Source: an archaeon (lineage in GTDB: Archaea; Iainarchaeota; Iainarchaeia; Iainarchaeales; Iainarchaeaceae). From it: 31,655 nucleotides of DNA. Every line of letters starts with the position of its first letter. The first letter of the stretch is position 1. Shown in pieces: positions 16,398 through 26,341 of this stretch. The notes beneath the pieces were generated by a model. It was not told the origin of the DNA, ran no database searches, and saw nothing but the letters and a program-made list of their open reading frames with translations. Made by a program: the position numbers and the translations under genes. The DNA lies in NCBI GenBank assembly GCA_035289485.1, contig DATDXA010000021.1, positions 1-31,655 of the forward strand. The letters run 5' to 3'.

Positions 16398-18806
16398 TCA
16401 CTTCCTTTTCAGCGCCTTCTCCTTCTTCGCAATCGCCTGCCGCGTTTTGAGCACAGTGTCTGGGTTTAGAGAGATTGAATCTATTCCCTCTTCAACTAGA
16501 AACTCCGCAAAATCCGGGAAGTCGCTTGGCGCCTGCCCGCAAATCCCGATCTTTCTCTTCTTTGCCTTTGCAACCTTAATCACCTGCGAAATCAGGCGCT
16601 TTACAGCTTCGTTCTTCTCATTTGCGATGTGCGTTACAATTCCCGAATCCCTGTCAAGCCCGAGCGTTAGCTGAGTGAGATCATTCGAACCTATTGAAAA
16701 GCCATCGAATACTTTGGCGAACTCCTCTGCCAAAATCACATTCGAGGGTATTTCGCACATCACATAAACCTCAAGGCCGTTCTCACCCTGCTTCAAGCCG
16801 TTCTTTGACATTTCCGCAACAACTTTTCTGCCCTCTTCTGGCGTGCGGCAGAACGGAACCATCACCTTCAAATTCGCAAGGCCCATTGTATCGCGCACTT
16901 TCTTCACGGCATCACACTCTAATGCGAACGCATCGCGGAACTGCGGGTCGTAATAGCGCGAAGCCCCGCGCCAGCCAATCATCGGGTTCTCTTCTTTAGG
17001 TTCAAACCCGGAGCCGCCGATTAGGTTTGCGTACTCGTTGGTCTTGAAATCTGAAAACCGCAAAATTACTGGCTTTGGATAGAACGCCGCGGCAATCATC
17101 GCAATACCTTCCGCGAGCTTATCGACATAGAACTGCACCTTGTTTTTGTAGCCGGAAGTTAGTTTTTCAATTTCGCGTTTCGCCTTCTCATCGTTCACCT
17201 TGTCAAAATGCAAAAGCGCATTGGGATGGATTTTGATGTAAGAATTCACTATGAATTCCTCGCGCGCAAGGCCCACTCCATCATTTGGAATGAATGAAAA
17301 CTCCAAAGCCTGCTCCGGGTTTCCAACATTCATCATTAAACGCGTGTGCGTTGCCGGCAAATTTGCGATATTGGTTTTTTTAATCTCGAATTTCTGCGCC
17401 CCCTCAAGCACAAGCCCTTTCTCACCTTCAGAGCAGACAACTGTGACGGCTTTTCCAACCCTAATTTTGGTTGTGGCATTGCCCGTGCCAACAACTGCGG
17501 GGATTCCAAGCTCGCGTGAAACAATTGCCGCGTGCGAAGTTCTCCCTCCGCGCTCGGTTACAATTGCGGATGCGATTTTCATAATAGGCTCCCAATCAGG
17601 GTCAGTGGTGTCCGTTACAAGCACCTCGCCCTTGCGGAAATCGCCGATTTTGGAGGCGTCACGTATCACGCGCGCAATTCCTGTGCCGATTTTTTCTCCA
17701 ATGGCTTCGCCTTCAATTAAAACCTTCCCGCGCGATTTGAGCACGTACTGCTCAAGAACATTCTTGTCCTTCTGGCTCTGCACGGTTTCTGGGCGAGCCT
17801 GTACAATGAAGAGTTCATCCGTTTGCCCATCCTTTGCCCACTCCATGTCCATTGGAGTGTATTTTCCGCGCTTGTGAGAGTAGTGCTTTTCAACAAGCAC
17901 AGCCCATTTCGCAAGCTGCAAAATCTCATCTTCCGAAAGGGTGAATTTTGAGCGCTCGCTCTCGTGAGTGGCAACGGTTTTGATTGACTTGTTGCCCTCG
18001 TGGCTATAAACCACTTTTATTAGCTTGTCACCGAGCTTCTTTCCAAGAATCGGCTTGAAGCCCTTCTCAAGCGTTGGCTTGAACACTATGAACTGGTCAG
18101 GGTTCACCGCGCCCTGAACAACACTCTCGCCAAGGCCCCATGCGCCATTTATGAGAACAATTTTTTCAAAACCGGTTTCAGTATCGATTGTAAACATCAC
18201 TCCGCTGCATGAAATATCCGAGCGCACCATTTTCTGAACCCCGATTGAAAGCGCAATCGAGAAGTGGTCAAAGTGCTTGTCCTGCCTGTATGAAATCGCG
18301 CGGTTTGTAAAGAGCGAAGCAAAGCACTTGCGGCACGCATTTATGAGATCGTCCTTTCCGCGGATATTCAGGTAAGTTTCCTGCTGCCCTGCAAAGCTCG
18401 CATCCGGCAAATCCTCCGCAGTTGCAGAGCTTCTCACCGCAACATCCACCCCTTTGCCGTACTCCTTCTCAAGTTTTGTGTAGGCAATGAAGATTTCATC
18501 CTCGACTTCTTTTGGAATCTGGGTGTTTAGTATCATCTGGCGAACGGCGTGCCCTTTTGCCGAGAGCGATGCCATATTGCCCGTGTCAAGCCCGCGCAGC
18601 TCGGCTTTGATTCTGTCCTTAAGCCCGCTCTTTTCTAGGTAATGCCTGTAAGCATGTGCCGTAACCGCAAATCCGTTCGGGACCTTCACGCCTTTTGAAG
18701 AGAGATTCTGGTACATTTCCCCAAGCGAGGCGTTCTTTCCGCCAACAATAGGGACATCCTTAATTTCAAGCTCGTTAAACCACATCACAAATCTTTTTAC
18801 GGCCAT
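16398..18806 (-). CDS. ppsA: Phosphoenolpyruvate synthase (pyruvate, water dikinase)
   Basis: VGGKNASLGEM, AVRSSATAEDLPDASFAGQQET, phospho-His GGRTSHAAIVSRE, DGFSIGSNDLTQ. Confidence 0.98.
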   Translation of the reverse strand: MAVKRFVMWFNELEIKDVPIVGGKNASLGEMYQNLSSKGVKVPNGFAVTAHAYRHYLEKSGLKDRIKAELRGLDTGNMASLSAKGHAVRQMILNTQIPKEVEDEIFIAYTKLEKEYGKGVDVAVRSSATAEDLPDASFAGQQETYLNIRGKDDLINACRKCFASLFTNRAISYRQDKHFDHFSIALSIGVQKMVRSDISCSGVMFTIDTETGFEKIVLINGAWGLGESVVQGAVNPDQFIVFKPTLEKGFKPILGKKLGDKLIKVVYSHEGNKSIKTVATHESERSKFTLSEDEILQLAKWAVLVEKHYSHKRGKYTPMDMEWAKDGQTDELFIVQARPETVQSQKDKNVLEQYVLKSRGKVLIEGEAIGEKIGTGIARVIRDASKIGDFRKGEVLVTDTTDPDWEPIMKIASAIVTERGGRTSHAAIVSRELGIPAVVGTGNATTKIRVGKAVTVVCSEGEKGLVLEGAQKFEIKKTNIANLPATHTRLMMNVGNPEQALEFSFIPNDGVGLAREEFIVNSYIKIHPNALLHFDKVNDEKAKREIEKLTSGYKNKVQFYVDKLAEGIAMIAAAFYPKPVILRFSDFKTNEYANLIGGSGFEPKEENPMIGWRGASRYYDPQFRDAFALECDAVKKVRDTMGLANLKVMVPFCRTPEEGRKVVAEMSKNGLKQGENGLEVYVMCEIPSNVILAEEFAKVFDGFSIGSNDLTQLTLGLDRDSGIVTHIANEKNEAVKRLISQVIKVAKAKKRKIGICGQAPSDFPDFAEFLVEEGIDSISLNPDTVLKTRQAIAKKEKALKRK

Positions 18807-18828
18807 TTTTTACCATCCTCCAAAAAAA

Positions 18829-20475
18829 TCATTCTTCAAATCTTTGGCGCTTTGCCGCCTTTTCAAGCTTCGCCCTTTTCGCGCCCTGAACTTCGGAAAG
18901 AATGCCGCTAACATCTGAAGAAAACTTCTTCTCAAATTCCGAGAGCTCCTTCATCTTCTCATCGATGCGCTTTAGGTGGTCGGCAACGGATTTGTCGCGC
19001 GAAACCATGTTTTCTGCAAGCTCCTTTTTGGTCTTGTTGTAATCTCCAATGTTTTTCTTCACGGTGTTGAGGAACTGCTCTTTGAACAGGTCGAGTGATT
19101 CCATTGCGGCCTCGAGTTTCCCCACATCCACCCTTGATTTAATCTCATCAATTTCCTTCTTCTTTTCCTTAAGCTTCTTGTCCCACTCTATCAGGTTCTC
19201 GGCGAAAAGCTCGTCAACATTCGCCGCATACTCCTTTTGGAGTTCTGAAAGGCCATCGGCATGGACCTTTGCAACTTCCTTTTTGTAAGCTGAAAACTCC
19301 TTTCTCACATCCGCAAGATAGGAATCAATGTATTTCTTTAGCGAATCGGTTGTTTTCGAGTATTGCGCATCCAGCTCTTTTTCTCGCGAGGTTATCTGCT
19401 GGTCGAGCTCTTTCATCCTTGCGATTTTTTCGCCTATCCCCTTGCTGTCAACCTGTGCAATGAGCTTGTCTAGCTCTGAAATCTTGGCCTGCATCCTGCG
19501 CGTAAGCTCCTCTTCCTTCTCAAAGCGCAGGCTGTCGATTTTCTGACGCAAATCCTCTGTGAGGCCTTCTGTGATTTTTGACTGCAGCTCAAGCGCGCTG
19601 TTTAGCTTCGCCTCATACTCATCCCTTTTGCCTTCCGAGGCGCTCATGAAATCCTCGAACTTCGACTCCATGCCAATTAGTGAAGTGTTGGTTTCGGAAA
19701 TCATTTGGCTCTTCACGGTGTCAAGGCCTGAAAGGCGGTCATTTAGGGTGTTTAGGAGCTCTGCATTGAACTTGTTCTCGCCCTGTATCTTGGAGAGTGC
19801 GTTCTGAACCTTCGCACCCAAATCCTCGAGCTGCTTTGCGCGAGATTCAAGAACATCCTTTAATTCATTTGCGCGCGAATCGAGGTGCGAGTCTATTTTG
19901 GTGTAAAAAAGCGACCTCTGCGATTCAAGCACCGTTTCAATCTTCTTGGTTTCAAGCCTCATCTTCTCCGAAATCTTCTGATCAAGCACTGTGCCAAGAT
20001 CTGCCCTTATAAGCTTCATTTCATTGAGCTTGGCATCCACCGTGGCAAGAATTCCCTTTTCCCAGAGCTCTGAGACATCCTCATCCGAATGCGGATCATG
20101 GGCGGCATATTTTGTAGGCTGCTTTTGCACATAAGATGCCGGCTCTGCCTTTTCTGGCTCCGGCTCATCAATTTTCGAGTAAATGTCCTCATCGTTTGGA
20201 AAGGTGAATTCCTCTTCCTTTTGCGGCTCGAGAACTTTCATAGCCTGTTTTTCTGGCAGTTTTTCTGGCTGCTTCTCCTGCGGCTTTGAATTCTGCTGCG
20301 CCTTTATCTGGACCTGCGGTGAACCCGACATTGATTTTCTGGTTTCGGCAAGCATAGTCCTCGCGGTTTCGGAATCCACTCCAACGCCTTTTAGGTTATC
20401 TATAATTTCCCTATCTGATATTCCTAGCTGCAGCAGCTTTGTTATGGATTCCTTCAGAATCGCCCTCTTGTCCAA
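18829..20475 (-). CDS. Long coiled-coil protein with a small N-terminal helical domain
   Basis: 548 aa, TTG start; N-terminal LLQLGISDREIIDNLKGVGV, a Q/P/E-rich linker and ~400 aa of heptads. Confidence 0.85.
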   Translation of the reverse strand: MDKRAILKESITKLLQLGISDREIIDNLKGVGVDSETARTMLAETRKSMSGSPQVQIKAQQNSKPQEKQPEKLPEKQAMKVLEPQKEEEFTFPNDEDIYSKIDEPEPEKAEPASYVQKQPTKYAAHDPHSDEDVSELWEKGILATVDAKLNEMKLIRADLGTVLDQKISEKMRLETKKIETVLESQRSLFYTKIDSHLDSRANELKDVLESRAKQLEDLGAKVQNALSKIQGENKFNAELLNTLNDRLSGLDTVKSQMISETNTSLIGMESKFEDFMSASEGKRDEYEAKLNSALELQSKITEGLTEDLRQKIDSLRFEKEEELTRRMQAKISELDKLIAQVDSKGIGEKIARMKELDQQITSREKELDAQYSKTTDSLKKYIDSYLADVRKEFSAYKKEVAKVHADGLSELQKEYAANVDELFAENLIEWDKKLKEKKKEIDEIKSRVDVGKLEAAMESLDLFKEQFLNTVKKNIGDYNKTKKELAENMVSRDKSVADHLKRIDEKMKELSEFEKKFSSDVSGILSEVQGAKRAKLEKAAKRQRFEE

Positions 20476-20567
20476 AATCGAAAACCCCTATAGAAAAATC
20501 AGATATAATGGGGATTTCTATTATTTAAGGGTTATTCTTGGGTTTTGGCGTAATTAGCCATCAAGCG

Positions 20568-20668
20568 TTTTCGCCTGACACTTTTCTTTTCCGTGAATGC
20601 GCTTTTCGCTTGACACTTTTCTTTTGGGTAAAGCTTTTTCTTTTCGTGTCAACGAAAAGAAAAAGGTT
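20568..20668. repeat. A/T-rich hairpin repeat, copy 2, with a tandem 23-bp unit; downstream of tRNA-Ala
   Basis: 14-bp stem 20634-20647/20652-20665 with loop GTCA; ttttcgcYtgacacttttctttt at 20568-20590 and 20603-20625. Confidence 0.65.
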
Positions 20669-20739
20669 TGGACCCTGCGGGAATTGAACCCGCACCCCAC
20701 CCATGCCATGGGTGAATTCTACCATTGAACTAAGGGCCC
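20669..20739 (-). tRNA. tRNA-Ala(GGC)
   Basis: GGGCCCT TA GTTC-AATGGTA-GAAT T CACCC-AT GGC AT-GGGTG GGGT GCGGG-TTCAATT-CCCGC AGGGTCC A. G3:U70 Ala identity pair present; TTTAAATA box at 20767-20774. Confidence 0.96.
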
Positions 20740-20805
20740 TTTTGGAAGATTTCTTGTGCGGTGAATTATTTAAAGCAAGCATCTTGTGTGCGCAAAGGGG
20801 CGTTT

Positions 20806-22386
20806 TTAGCCTGAAACCTGCTGTGAGCCTGGGAGATGATAAATCCGCTCAAGAGAGCAGCCGTAGTTCTTTGCGTAAACAAAATCGAGCAATTTGTCAT
20901 ATCTTGACCCTATGCTCTTGCAGCTCCAGAGATAGTACGACCTGTTAGGATAGTGCGCCATCAGCTCCGAATTGCGCCCCTTGAGGTCCAGCGCATAAAG
21001 CACATCGCCATCAAAGGCAGTGCCGTTACGTGTTAGGTCATTGCAGGGGGAATCGGCGGCGCAGTTTCCATCAGGCGAGGAGCCCAAAAAAACAATCGCA
21101 TTTGAAATGCCGGCACCCTGAACAGTGGCGTACACTTCGGATTTTGCAAGTATGCGCTCGTGCCATATTCCGGAAAAATAAGCAAGGAACAGGAGGTTGA
21201 ATACCACAAAAAGAGCGATTAAGGGACCAGCGGAGATTGAGGGGCTTTTTATTTTCTCAAGCGCGAGCGCGCACAAAATGAAAAGCGCGAAGGCTGCAGG
21301 GTAGATGTATCTTGGCCCGAAAGAATTGAACTGCGGCGCGGAGTAGAAAAAATATCCAGCAACAAAAAAGAGGAAAATGAGGATAAGGGGCAAAAAGGCA
21401 CGGCCATGAACTTTGCGGCTGTGGAAGGCGATTAGCAGCAGCGGAGCATAAAACGGCACCCAGAGGTTTAGCGAAACGAGCCGGTAAAACAGGTTGTTCT
21501 CAACTGCCCACCAAAGAGTTTTGCCAACATAGTAGCTGCCATCCCCAAAACCAAGGCCGTCACGCGAATCATATTTTGAGAACGGCATCAGCAGCGGGTC
21601 GCCTGTCTGGAAAAAATTGTATGCGAGCGCAATGCAGCCAACCAGCACAAAACCCGCCAAAACCGGCACAAGCCTTTGCACTTCATCTGAAAGTGCGGCC
21701 CTGAATCTTATCGCCATGTATAAATTGTAAACTGCAAAACATGCAAGCACAATCACAGCGTCGAATGGGCGGATTATAAGCACTACTCCGATTACAGCCC
21801 CCAACAGAAAGTTCGGGGCAAGGCCTTTTTCGCCAGAGAATCTCAGGGCAAGATATGTGAAGAGCGACACGAAGAGGAGCGTTGCCGGCTGCGAGTAATA
21901 TGTGGAGGAATACATTATCAGGTAAGGGCTCGTTGCCATCAGCAGAGCCGCAATTTTTCCCGTTTTTTCCGAAAAAAAATCCCTGCCGATGAGATAAGTT
22001 ATGTAAATCGCAAGAACTCCGAAAATTAGGTTCACGATTGCAGGAAAGCCCAAGAGCACGCCGAACATCAGAAAAAGAGGCCAGCCGGGAGGGTATTTTC
22101 CGTAGAATTTCCCATCGTCCAGCGTATGAATCACATGAAAAAAATCATTCAGCGGGTGCGATGGCACTGATAATTTTCCCTGCGAGAAAATCTGCGCGGA
22201 AATAAGGTAGGAATACTCATCTGCGGATGAGGGAAAATCGAGGAGCACGAACTGGTTTGTGAAAAGGATTAATGCGGCACAAATAACCAAAAGTGCGGGA
22301 ATGAACTTCTTGCTTGCAAAAAATCCTTCAATTACGCCGCCTTCTTTTGGCTCAACAGGATTTGAAAAATTTTTCTTGCGGCTCAT
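20806..22386 (-). CDS. GT-C fold membrane glycosyltransferase (ArnT/PMT family)
   Basis: ADEYSY after TM1, YPPGWP, many TM helices, RYIYP; ATG 22386 overlaps the GT2 stop (ATGA). Confidence 0.88.
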   Translation of the reverse strand: MSRKKNFSNPVEPKEGGVIEGFFASKKFIPALLVICAALILFTNQFVLLDFPSSADEYSYLISAQIFSQGKLSVPSHPLNDFFHVIHTLDDGKFYGKYPPGWPLFLMFGVLLGFPAIVNLIFGVLAIYITYLIGRDFFSEKTGKIAALLMATSPYLIMYSSTYYSQPATLLFVSLFTYLALRFSGEKGLAPNFLLGAVIGVVLIIRPFDAVIVLACFAVYNLYMAIRFRAALSDEVQRLVPVLAGFVLVGCIALAYNFFQTGDPLLMPFSKYDSRDGLGFGDGSYYVGKTLWWAVENNLFYRLVSLNLWVPFYAPLLLIAFHSRKVHGRAFLPLILIFLFFVAGYFFYSAPQFNSFGPRYIYPAAFALFILCALALEKIKSPSISAGPLIALFVVFNLLFLAYFSGIWHERILAKSEVYATVQGAGISNAIVFLGSSPDGNCAADSPCNDLTRNGTAFDGDVLYALDLKGRNSELMAHYPNRSYYLWSCKSIGSRYDKLLDFVYAKNYGCSLERIYHLPGSQQVSG

Positions 22387-23066
22387 GGGAAAAACCTTTT
22401 CCGAAAAAGGTGCAGAAGGTTCAAAGCGCCGTCCCTGAAAGTGCGCAGCTTCATTTTGCCCCTGCGCTCCCTGTAAGGTATGGGAAACTCGGCGCACCGC
22501 AACCCCTTTGTGTATGCCTCAACTTTTAGCTCCTGCGAAAACGGCATTCCAGAAGATTCCAGCCGCAGCCTTGGGAGAATTGCGCTCCTGAACACCCACA
22601 TGCCGGATTGCGAATCGTTGAGCTTCAGGCCGAAAAGCAGGTTGAGCACTGTTGTGAGCGCGGTGTTTCCAAAAAAGTGCGTGCGCCCCATTATCCCGCT
22701 CTTGAGGTTGGAGAGCCTGTCAGTTGTAATAAAATCGAGGTTTTGCTCTTCAAGTGCGCGGAGCAGCTGCGGGAGCTTTTCTAGAGGGTATGTAAGGTCG
22801 GCATCGCCCGTTGCGATGAAATCCCCTGTTGCATTTTCAAAGCCCGCCTTGTAGGCGTTTCCATAGCCGCGCCTTGGCTCTGAAATAACCTTTGCGCCTT
22901 TTGCCCTTGCGATTTTTCCGGTACTGTCTGTGCTGCCATTGTCGACAATTATAACCTCCGTGCGGTAGCCGGATTTTTTGAGAAGGGCAAGGGGGATTGA
23001 GCCTATTGTTCCTGCTATGCTCTCTTCCTCATTTAGCGCAGGAATTACAATGCTGACCTTTTTCAA
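22383..23066 (-). CDS. GT2 glycosyltransferase (polyprenol-phosphate sugar synthase, DPM1-like)
   Basis: SIVIPALNEE, VDNGSTD, GYGNA, DADLTY, DSQSG. Confidence 0.93.
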   Translation of the reverse strand: MKKVSIVIPALNEEESIAGTIGSIPLALLKKSGYRTEVIIVDNGSTDSTGKIARAKGAKVISEPRRGYGNAYKAGFENATGDFIATGDADLTYPLEKLPQLLRALEEQNLDFITTDRLSNLKSGIMGRTHFFGNTALTTVLNLLFGLKLNDSQSGMWVFRSAILPRLRLESSGMPFSQELKVEAYTKGLRCAEFPIPYRERRGKMKLRTFRDGALNLLHLFRKRFFP

Positions 23067-23154
23067 ACCAAGACCTTCGCAATAAGTGTAAGGATTGAAA
23101 GTGAGAAATGGTATTAAAATGGCGCTGAAAATACCGAAATAGGAATTTTAGGCG

Positions 23155-23376
23155 TCAGGGGGAAATTAGAAGCACATTATCGCCGCGCAAAAGAACGCGC
23201 CCGTATTTGCTCTTCACTTCGCCGCCCGCAAGCTTCTCGGCGTTCTCCAAAACAAGGTTCATGTGAACATCAAATGCTTTTAGCTCTCCGCGGAAGGAGA
23301 CATTTTCCTTAAGTTCAACAAGAACGCTCTTCCCTATTGAACCGGTTAGCAAATCAAAAGGCCTGACATCATTCAT
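23155..23376 (-). CDS. Sm/LSm family RNA-binding protein (SmAP1)
   Basis: RPFDLL, G.LKAFDVHMNLVL, LLRGDNVLLISP. Confidence 0.95.
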   Translation of the reverse strand: MNDVRPFDLLTGSIGKSVLVELKENVSFRGELKAFDVHMNLVLENAEKLAGGEVKSKYGRVLLRGDNVLLISP

Positions 23377-23380
23377 AAAA

Positions 23381-24193
23381 TCACGCTTCCGTATCCTTTG
23401 GCTTCATACGGAATAGGGAGCGCAGCTTATTTAAAATGCCGCTAAGAATGCCTCCGCCAGAACCGGTTTCTGAGGCAAGTGGAAGTCCGGCAAGCTTTGC
23501 TGCGGCCTTCTGAATACCAACCGCTGCGGGCGAACCCGGCTTTGACATCATTATGGGCGATGGGCTCTCCTGCATCGCGCTTCTTCGCAAATCATCATCA
23601 TATGGAACAATAGCAAAAACCGGAAGCTCGAGCATCTTCATTATATCGTCCTTTTTTATTTCGCCCTTCTCGCCGCGCACGAAATTAATCAGTATGCCAA
23701 TAGGCTTGCTTCCGAGGCGCTGCGAAATTATTTTGGCCTTCAAAACATCCGCAATGCTTGTGCTCGTCGGCATTGCAACAAGAAGAACCTCATCGGAAGC
23801 CGAAATCGCGGCCATAACATTCTTTTCAATTCCCGCGGCACAATCAAGCAGCACGAAATCGAACTGCTGCTTAATAATCCCAATTACTGACTGCAGCCTT
23901 TCGGAATCCACGCGCCTGTAATTTTCCAGGCTTAAACCTGAAGGGACGAACTTGAGCCCTGCTGGGCCGTCATAAATCGCGTCCTGAATGCTGGCTTCGC
24001 CTAGCAAAACATCGTGAAGGGTAATTGGGGAATTTTGCATGTTAAGTATTAGTGAGAGGTTTGCCATTGCGATGTCGGCATCCACAAGGCACACATTAAG
24101 GCCCCTCTTTGCAAGGGCAATGCCTAGGTTTGCGGTGATTGTTGTCTTGCCAACACCGCCTTTGCCGGAAATTAATGAAATTACCCTGCCCAT
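23381..24193 (-). CDS. minD: Archaeal MinD-family ATPase
   Basis: Deviant Walker A SGKGGVGKTT, DADIAMANL, LLDCAAG, C-terminal amphipathic helix ILSGILNKLRSLF. Confidence 0.92.
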   Translation of the reverse strand: MGRVISLISGKGGVGKTTITANLGIALAKRGLNVCLVDADIAMANLSLILNMQNSPITLHDVLLGEASIQDAIYDGPAGLKFVPSGLSLENYRRVDSERLQSVIGIIKQQFDFVLLDCAAGIEKNVMAAISASDEVLLVAMPTSTSIADVLKAKIISQRLGSKPIGILINFVRGEKGEIKKDDIMKMLELPVFAIVPYDDDLRRSAMQESPSPIMMSKPGSPAAVGIQKAAAKLAGLPLASETGSGGGILSGILNKLRSLFRMKPKDTEA

Positions 24194-24301
24194 GACATCA
24201 CTAACAAAAAAACTATGGCTATAAATAAAAAGCTTCGCACCTTATAAAAAGGCGTAAAAAGCACAGGAAACCCCAAAAAGAGCAAAATCAACACACCACG
24301 A

Positions 24302-24772
24302 TTATGTCGCCTGGTGATGGAGCAGGAACGAATCTATTTCGCGGGCAAGTGCGCGAAGTTCAAGCGTTGACAAATCGGAGGACGCCTTTACTATGAAAAG
24401 CTTCTTATTCAACTGGAAAATCATGTGCCAATTGCCGGTGCCGTTTGCGCGAACCATTATTGTTTCGCTGCGCGGAATCTCAGAGCGCACGTAGTTGAAG
24501 AGCGCGGCGCCGGTAACCGCCTGCGAAACCGCGTTGCCGTTTGTGGACGCTATGGCACTGCCATTTAGCGAAGAAATCACAATTTCATCCACGAGGTGCT
24601 TGCGCTTCAATGTTCCAAGGAATTCTTTTACATCAGCAGTATTGGTGTCAAAATGGTATTTTCCCAAATAATCCTCGAAGAATTTTATGTGTGCCGTTGG
24701 CTGCGCGGTGTCGTCTATGTCCAGAACCCTTTCGGCGAGCCGCTTGAGCAGCCGCCTTGCACTATTTAGCAT
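24302..24772 (-). CDS. Hypothetical protein with a roadblock/profilin-like C-terminal domain
   Basis: EIVISSLNGSAIAST followed by a helix, beta strands and a terminal helix (LRALAREI). Confidence 0.7.
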   Translation of the reverse strand: MLNSARRLLKRLAERVLDIDDTAQPTAHIKFFEDYLGKYHFDTNTADVKEFLGTLKRKHLVDEIVISSLNGSAIASTNGNAVSQAVTGAALFNYVRSEIPRSETIMVRANGTGNWHMIFQLNKKLFIVKASSDLSTLELRALAREIDSFLLHHQAT

Positions 24773-25267
24773 TTATTCTCCCAATCCACTTAGCCCTAAC
24801 TTCTTGAAGATATCCACTTTGGACTCTTCCTTCTTTACAACATCAGTAAGCACAGCCTTTGCGTACTCCGAAGAATACACCTTAGGCAAAAGCCTCCCTA
24901 TATCGCCCCTTGAAACAACCTTGAGCAATTTGCTTTTGTCGTTAAAAGCGGTTACGAGGTCAACTTGCTGATTCGTAAGGGAAACTATGTCCGCTACAAC
25001 GTAAACAGCCGCGAAAGAATTAAAAACGTGCGGAAGGGCGGAATCGCCAAAAACAGTCACTCCGTGAAGGTCATATTCGTAAAGTGAAGCGAGAAGGGAG
25101 CCTTCCTTGAATATGAGCACCCCTTCCTCTAAGCCATCATAACCGTCAATTGTCGCAACAATGTAGCCTGAGAAGCGCTTGTCAAAAAAACCCTCAAGAA
25201 GGCGCTTAACATCCATCTCCCTCAGGTTCAAATCCCTGCTTACAACTTCACCTACGGGCAGATTCAT
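24773..25267 (-). CDS. DUF2226/PATAN-like domain protein
   Basis: MNLPVG, FSGYI, EEGVLIFKEG, G..AL; family usually found beside archaeal minD. Confidence 0.75.
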   Translation of the reverse strand: MNLPVGEVVSRDLNLREMDVKRLLEGFFDKRFSGYIVATIDGYDGLEEGVLIFKEGSLLASLYEYDLHGVTVFGDSALPHVFNSFAAVYVVADIVSLTNQQVDLVTAFNDKSKLLKVVSRGDIGRLLPKVYSSEYAKAVLTDVVKKEESKVDIFKKLGLSGLGE

Positions 25268-25367
25268 GCAATATCACTTCTAATATCAATTCCCAATAAT
25301 TCTACCTTTACGGAATTATTAATGATTACCTTAACAAAAATCTATGTAAAAAGGGAGATTTGAGCAG

Positions 25368-25727
25368 TTAAGGGCGCCTTAACCTTCTGAGTGGGCGCGG
25401 CGTCGTTTTTGGCCTTTGAGATTTGAAAAGTTCGGGTTGCCTTGCCCTCAACTTTTCCAGCAGCTTTGGCTCTTCAAGGTAGAAAGTCCCGCCCAAAGGG
25501 TCTGCCTTATGCATCGCATAATTCCATTGAGCGACATTTTCCCACACTCGATGAGCCATATAATAGCCACTAAGGACTTCACCCAGTTTTTGCATTTTAT
25601 TTGACTCCGCTCGGCTAAATTTAGCCCCTCGCTTATAACCCCGAGCGGCATCGAATTTTCTCTTTAGGCTTTCAAGTTCGCGCTCCATTCTATTTACTTC
25701 AGCCTCGGATAGTTGCGGCTTTGCCAT
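25368..25727 (-). CDS. Hypothetical protein with an Arg/Pro-rich C-terminus
   Basis: 119 aa ending PRPLRRLRRP; TTTAAA ~25 nt upstream. Confidence 0.65.
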   Translation of the reverse strand: MAKPQLSEAEVNRMERELESLKRKFDAARGYKRGAKFSRAESNKMQKLGEVLSGYYMAHRVWENVAQWNYAMHKADPLGGTFYLEEPKLLEKLRARQPELFKSQRPKTTPRPLRRLRRP

Positions 25728-25830
25728 GTTTAGTAATTGTTTTCCGTTCTTTAAAAAATTACCCCAAAATCTAACGAAAAGGCATTTAAATTGAACCCAA
25801 TTAGGGATGTTAAGTTAGGGATTTGAAAAA

Positions 25831-26238
25831 ATGGTTGACGGAGATAAGCGATTCCAGAACATGGGCACACTTAAGCCGGGCTCATATGTGCTGATTGATG
25901 GCGAACCTTGCCAGGTTAAGGGATTTGAAAAATCAAAGCCCGGAAAGCACGGAGCGGCAAAGGCAAGGATAAGCGCATTCGGGCTCTTTACCGACCAGAA
26001 AAGAAACCTGATGAAAGCCACCGATTATGAGGCCGAAGTCCCGATAGTTGATAAGGGAACGGGAAATGTTGTTGCGGTGATGGGAAGCCAGGTCCAGATA
26101 ATGGACAATGCCGATTACAAAACATATGACATGGAAAAGCCAAAGGACATCTCAGGGCTTGCAAGCGGCATCGAGGTCGAATACATCAAGTGGGGAGACA
26201 AGGTGCGCATTGTAAGGAAGAAAGGCGACAAGGCGTAA
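25831..26238 (+). CDS. eif5a: Translation factor aIF5A
   Basis: Hypusine loop SKPGKHGAAK, VPIVDK, QIMD. Confidence 0.96.
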   Translation: MVDGDKRFQNMGTLKPGSYVLIDGEPCQVKGFEKSKPGKHGAAKARISAFGLFTDQKRNLMKATDYEAEVPIVDKGTGNVVAVMGSQVQIMDNADYKTYDMEKPKDISGLASGIEVEYIKWGDKVRIVRKKGDKA

Positions 26239-26341
26239 AGCGAAATAAATTTTAGCTATTTTTCATTCCGGTTTATTTAGTATGGCTTATTCATACTCAC
26301 CGCACAAAACTAATTTTAATGCCCAATGAAGCCGCATATTC

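Noticed and set aside
20561..20782. 73-aa ORF
   Set aside because: Overlaps tRNA-Ala and the hairpin repeat.
22387..22497. N-terminal extension of the GT-C ORF
   Set aside because: Lies inside the GT2 gene; the ATGA overlap at 22383-22386 gives the better start.
4018..24971. Many plus-strand ORFs antisense to core genes (e.g. 6018..6728, 6866..7399, 8348..8851, 17251..17877)
   Set aside because: Shadow frames of well-supported minus-strand genes, with Ser/Phe/Ile-rich composition.
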